Assembly (NCBI GenBank): GCA_965195285.1 | Contig: CBDAFS010000007.1 | Span: forward strand, 30,785-94,784 | DNA from: an uncultured Aminicenantes bacterium | Lineage (GTDB): Bacteria > Acidobacteriota > Aminicenantia > UBA2199 | DNA length: 64,000 nt | Direction of reading: 5' to 3' | Shown: positions 60,609-64,000 of the stretch, piece after piece | Position numbering within the stretch: the first letter of the stretch is position 1 | How the letters are laid out: each line of letters opens with the position of its first letter | Program-made: the position numbers and the translations under genes | The notes under the pieces: generated by a model | Databases searched by the model: none | What the model was told of the DNA's origin: nothing | Seen by the model: the letters and a program-made list of their open reading frames with translations, nothing else

Positions 60609-61313
60609 TTATATATTTAATTTATTTATTTCCTTTTCTATTTCCTCAATAACTTCTTGATTTTGAATAATTTTCTTTTTCCCTGATGTTATGGAATAAA
60701 TAAAAAAAACTTTTCCACCCTGTTCTTTCTCAAATTTTCTATGGTTAGACTCATGCATTTTTTCCCATTGATAATAATCTAAGGCTCGGCCTGAAGAAAT
60801 TGGCTTTATTTGCAAACCAATATAATCTGATTTTACTTGAATATAAAAATCCACATTGTATTTTCTATCCCATTTATCAGGGGCAGGATGAATTCTTTTA
60901 TTTAAGTGAGACTCTAATTGACCATAGATAGTATCTATTTCAGACTTATATCCTTCATATGTTCTATTTAAAACGAGATTAAAAACATAATTAATACATT
61001 CTTCTTCTTGAATGGATTCTAGTTCATTTTGAACTACTTCCGATAATTTAATATATAATCGCCTACCCAAATCATCCATATATTCTTTTGTTATTCTTTG
61101 ACCATTTACTTTCTTTTGTTTGGCATTTTTGAAATAAAATGACTCCCATTCCTTAAATACTTTTGGTGTACATCTTCTTATTAACTCAGAGGTTGGACCT
61201 ACCTTTGAAGCCCTATTAAGTCCCCAGCGATTCATCCCATAGTTTAGTAACGTTTCATGTCTATATTTTTGATTATACCCATCAGCTCCTACAATCCAAT
61301 CTTTTTTTATCAA
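60609..61313 (-). CDS. MjaI-family type II restriction endonuclease
   Basis: VG..SELI, EWE..Y, RTYEG, D..Y.VDFYI....IGLQIKP (PD-(D/E/Q)xK); coupled to an MTase. Confidence 0.8.
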   Translation of the reverse strand: MIKKDWIVGADGYNQKYRHETLLNYGMNRWGLNRASKVGPTSELIRRCTPKVFKEWESFYFKNAKQKKVNGQRITKEYMDDLGRRLYIKLSEVVQNELESIQEEECINYVFNLVLNRTYEGYKSEIDTIYGQLESHLNKRIHPAPDKWDRKYNVDFYIQVKSDYIGLQIKPISSGRALDYYQWEKMHESNHRKFEKEQGGKVFFIYSITSGKKKIIQNQEVIEEIEKEINKLNI

Positions 61314-62602
61314 ATCTTAACTCTCCTTTCTAAAAATGTTTTTTTAAATTTATATTCAAATGAAGAATCAACTTCAGCTAGACCATTTTTTATTAAATGA
61401 GAATTAATAAAAGTCCTGTTCTGCAAATATAAATAACAAAACATATTATTATTATCATCATATTTTCTGCTGTCAAATTTAATATATACTTTTTGACCTT
61501 TTGTTTTTTCTTCTAAAAATTGAATAGCCTGATTTTTCAATGCAGGTATTTCTTTGATTCCTATTAATTTAACAATTTGATTGTTACTGAGAAGAAGAGC
61601 TTCAGAAGATAAGACTTTTTTAACTTTATAATATTCTTCTCTTTCAAAATTTGATTGCTTGTCAATTTTTGATCCAAATCTGAACTTTTTTAAATCAATT
61701 TTTTTATCAAACTTTATTGGATCGTGAAAAATATAAGGTAAACATTCAATATCTCTTCTAAAATTATATTCTTCATTTTCCCTAATTATTATATCAAATT
61801 TTTGATCATCAAAAATATCTTTTTGTTTCATTGATAGTTTGTTTTTTATGATCTTTAAAAAATCAGAATTTATTTCATATCCTACTGAATTTCTATTTAA
61901 ATTTTTTGCTGCTAAAGAAGTTGTTCCACTTCCAAGAAATGGATCTAACAAAATATCTCCAACAAAGCTAAACATTTTTATTAATCGCTTTGGCAATTCT
62001 TCCGGAAAAACTGCTAAATGTTTTTCTTGTCTTTCGCCTGGAAAATTCCAATGGCCTGAAAAATAATTATTCCATTCCGATTTTGTAAGTTTAGATTGAT
62101 TCTTTATTTCTTTTGATACTTTTGGTGAATTTCCAATTTTTTTAAAAATAAGTATAAATTCATAATCAATTTTCAATATCCCATTTCTTGGATATGGGAA
62201 GGAGCCCATTACTGTAGCTCCACCTGTAGTGTTTGTCGTTGTAACTTTTTGCCAAATAATTGCCCCCATATAATCAAAACCAATTGCCTCACAAAACTTT
62301 ATTATTTCTGTCCTAATAGGAATGACTTTATATCTTCCATAGTAAATTGAACGAGCAAATTGATCACCAATATTAATACAAAGTCTACAACCATTATGTA
62401 AAACTCTATAACACTCCCTCCAAACTAAATTTAAATTATTTATATAGTCTTCATATGAGTTATCAAATCCTATTTGATTTTTGGTGCCATAATCTTTTAA
62501 TTGCCAATAAGGTGGAGATGTGATAATTAAGTTAATTGAATCATCATTTGTCTCAATCATTTTCCTTGAATCACCAATGATTATTTTATGCCAATTTTTC
62601 AT
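61310..62602 (-). CDS. beta-class N4-C/N6-A DNA methyltransferase with a C-terminal SNase-like domain
   Basis: ITSPPY motif IV precedes DPFLGSGTT motif I. The C-terminal ~105 aa follow the thermonuclease pattern (VKLIGI..AIQFL..GQKV.IKFD..YLY..INSHLIKNGLA). Confidence 0.88.
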   Translation of the reverse strand: MKNWHKIIIGDSRKMIETNDDSINLIITSPPYWQLKDYGTKNQIGFDNSYEDYINNLNLVWRECYRVLHNGCRLCINIGDQFARSIYYGRYKVIPIRTEIIKFCEAIGFDYMGAIIWQKVTTTNTTGGATVMGSFPYPRNGILKIDYEFILIFKKIGNSPKVSKEIKNQSKLTKSEWNNYFSGHWNFPGERQEKHLAVFPEELPKRLIKMFSFVGDILLDPFLGSGTTSLAAKNLNRNSVGYEINSDFLKIIKNKLSMKQKDIFDDQKFDIIIRENEEYNFRRDIECLPYIFHDPIKFDKKIDLKKFRFGSKIDKQSNFEREEYYKVKKVLSSEALLLSNNQIVKLIGIKEIPALKNQAIQFLEEKTKGQKVYIKFDSRKYDDNNNMFCYLYLQNRTFINSHLIKNGLAEVDSSFEYKFKKTFLERRVKI

Positions 62603-62837
62603 TTTATTTATAAATATTATAATATATTTATCATATAAACCATATACAATTTAATAGAAAAACAAGATTTCAATTTATCGATAATAAATATTTAATTATG
62701 GACTTGATATTAGTTATTTTTTAACTTCGTTATGATTTTTTCAAGATTCTTTTTTTCTTTCTTTTGTTGAAATAGAAAATAATAATATATTGAGAAATCC
62801 TTTTATATAAACTCTCTTTCCAAAATTATTTATCTTT

Positions 62838-63350
62838 TTAGTAACTTTTTCTTTTTTTAAAATTTTTTATCTCGATTAATATCAGTATAGTAAAAAATAC
62901 AAAATAACTTGCTTCAAAAATATAGAATATCAATGTAAAGTGTATTGAAATATTTTTTTGTGCACTCATGTAGGGATTCATTTGGAAAAAAAGGAATATT
63001 CCAATTAGTATTGCAAGAACATAATTTGTGAGATTGAATATTGAATCATTTTTAATCATTTTTCTAAATTGGTTTTGGACTTTGTTAAAAATATCTCTGA
63101 ATATATTGGATTTTTTAAAAGGTTTATCATAAATGATCATTTTTTTATTTAGGCTTCCATATCCCAAACCTAAGCAGAATATTTTTATGGTTAAAAGTAT
63201 TGGAAAATTTGCTTTCAGTAATTGATTATTTTCGTTTATTACCATATCAAATAATATAAAGAAATATGCTAATCCACTCATTACACCAAAAAAATAGCCA
63301 ATAAATTCATACTCAATTTTTAGAAAACTTTTTTTTAAGTTATCATTCAT
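62838..63350 (-). CDS. putative Rhs immunity protein (4 TM)
   Basis: Starts 21 nt after the Rhs stop; very low GC; four hydrophobic segments. Confidence 0.6.
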   Translation of the reverse strand: MNDNLKKSFLKIEYEFIGYFFGVMSGLAYFFILFDMVINENNQLLKANFPILLTIKIFCLGLGYGSLNKKMIIYDKPFKKSNIFRDIFNKVQNQFRKMIKNDSIFNLTNYVLAILIGIFLFFQMNPYMSAQKNISIHFTLIFYIFEASYFVFFTILILIEIKNFKKRKSY

Positions 63351-63371
63351 TGTAGCTTCACATAAAAATTT

Positions 63372-64000
63372 CTATTTTACACACTTTTTATTATATATTT
63401 CCATTGTTAAAGCAGCGAAATAGACTCCAGTAAGCCATGGAGATATTGTTCTTATTGATTGATTGAAAAAATACATAAAAGAACCTCGAAGTGGGATTCC
63501 ACTCAATTCTGCCCAAAATGAAATGTTTTGAACCGATTTTTCTAATATAAATATTGATCCTGCTGCTATTGCAGCGCTTTCTAATAGACAACAATAATCA
63601 AGGTCTGATAATTCTCCCAAAAAATAATTTAATAAATCTCCAACACCTGCTATAAAAGGGTCCTCTAAAAAGTTACCAATAATACTTTCATAAATTGATT
63701 CTGGTATTGTATTAAGCCTATCACCCCATTTGTTATTCCAAGCGCCTATTGCTCCCATACCCATTTTGTTCCAGGATTTTCTAAATTCTTCCCACTGTTC
63801 ATCTGAAAAAAGTCCAAATCGATCAATATGATTTATTGAATCATTATCAGCAAATTTGAACATATTCAATCCACCTGCTAGCCCAATTGGATCCTCGTTG
63901 ATGAACCTGCCTATTTGGGGATGGTAGTATCGGTGGTAGTAGTAATTCAAACCAGATTCTTGGTCGGAATATTTGGATTGGAAGCCAAGATTGCCGCTTG
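63372..64000 (-). CDS. Rhs repeat-associated core plus C-terminal toxin domain (5' part outside the window)
   Basis: Open frame from the window edge: SGNLGFQSKYSDQESGLNYYYHRYYHPQIGRFINEDPIGLAGGLN...NHIDRFGL, followed by a 145-aa variable tip. Confidence 0.92.
   Translation of the reverse strand, partial: SGNLGFQSKYSDQESGLNYYYHRYYHPQIGRFINEDPIGLAGGLNMFKFADNDSINHIDRFGLFSDEQWEEFRKSWNKMGMGAIGAWNNKWGDRLNTIPESIYESIIGNFLEDPFIAGVGDLLNYFLGELSDLDYCCLLESAAIAAGSIFILEKSVQNISFWAELSGIPLRGSFMYFFNQSIRTISPWLTGVYFAALTMEIYNKKCVK

Noticed and set aside
1233-63594. Numerous 60-170 aa ORFs antisense to or overlapping long genes (e.g. 7596-7958, 8886-9317, 36078-36590, 55873-56247)
   Set aside because: They are shadow ORFs of well-supported genes, with no motifs or translation signals.
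1-64000. CRISPR array, tRNA or rRNA genes
   Set aside because: No regularly spaced 25-40 bp repeats and no cloverleaf/T-loop or rRNA signatures were seen in any intergenic gap.

Overview
This is a ~40% GC bacterial chromosome segment spanning the replication origin. The left part reads parB-parA-(parS)-rsmG and glnA on the minus strand, then dnaA-oriC-dnaN-recF-gyrB-gyrA on the plus strand. Next comes a housekeeping and envelope region rich in peptidases (rhomboid, M14, M28, SppA, Lon, CAAX). It also holds an intact-thioester alpha-2-macroglobulin, an ECF sigma/anti-sigma/Spy-like module, a small glycosylation cluster, nrdR-hsp20-lon-thiL, an ABC-2 exporter, archease-rtcB and a DEAD-box helicase. 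From ~60.4 kb the sequence turns very AT-rich and carries a co-directional conflict island: Rhs core and unknown toxin tip, a 4-TM immunity candidate, a beta-class DNA methyltransferase fused to an apparently inactive SNase domain, and an MjaI-family endonuclease, with an RHH-RelE/ParE TA pair just outside it. Gene content suggests a diderm peptide-degrading anaerobe such as Ca. Aminicenantes (inference only). Unusual signals read from the sequence: a four-hairpin structured RNA candidate (31.33-31.50 kb); a protein with a register-perfect type IV pilin embedded at residue 411; many sigma70 promoters placed for leaderless translation; a duplicated ECF promoter motif; a parS site that encodes both the RsmG C-terminus and the predicted ParA start; and an ECF-promoter-driven 19-codon mini-ORF. 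No rRNA, tRNA or CRISPR array was seen. All calls are by eye and no database search was run.
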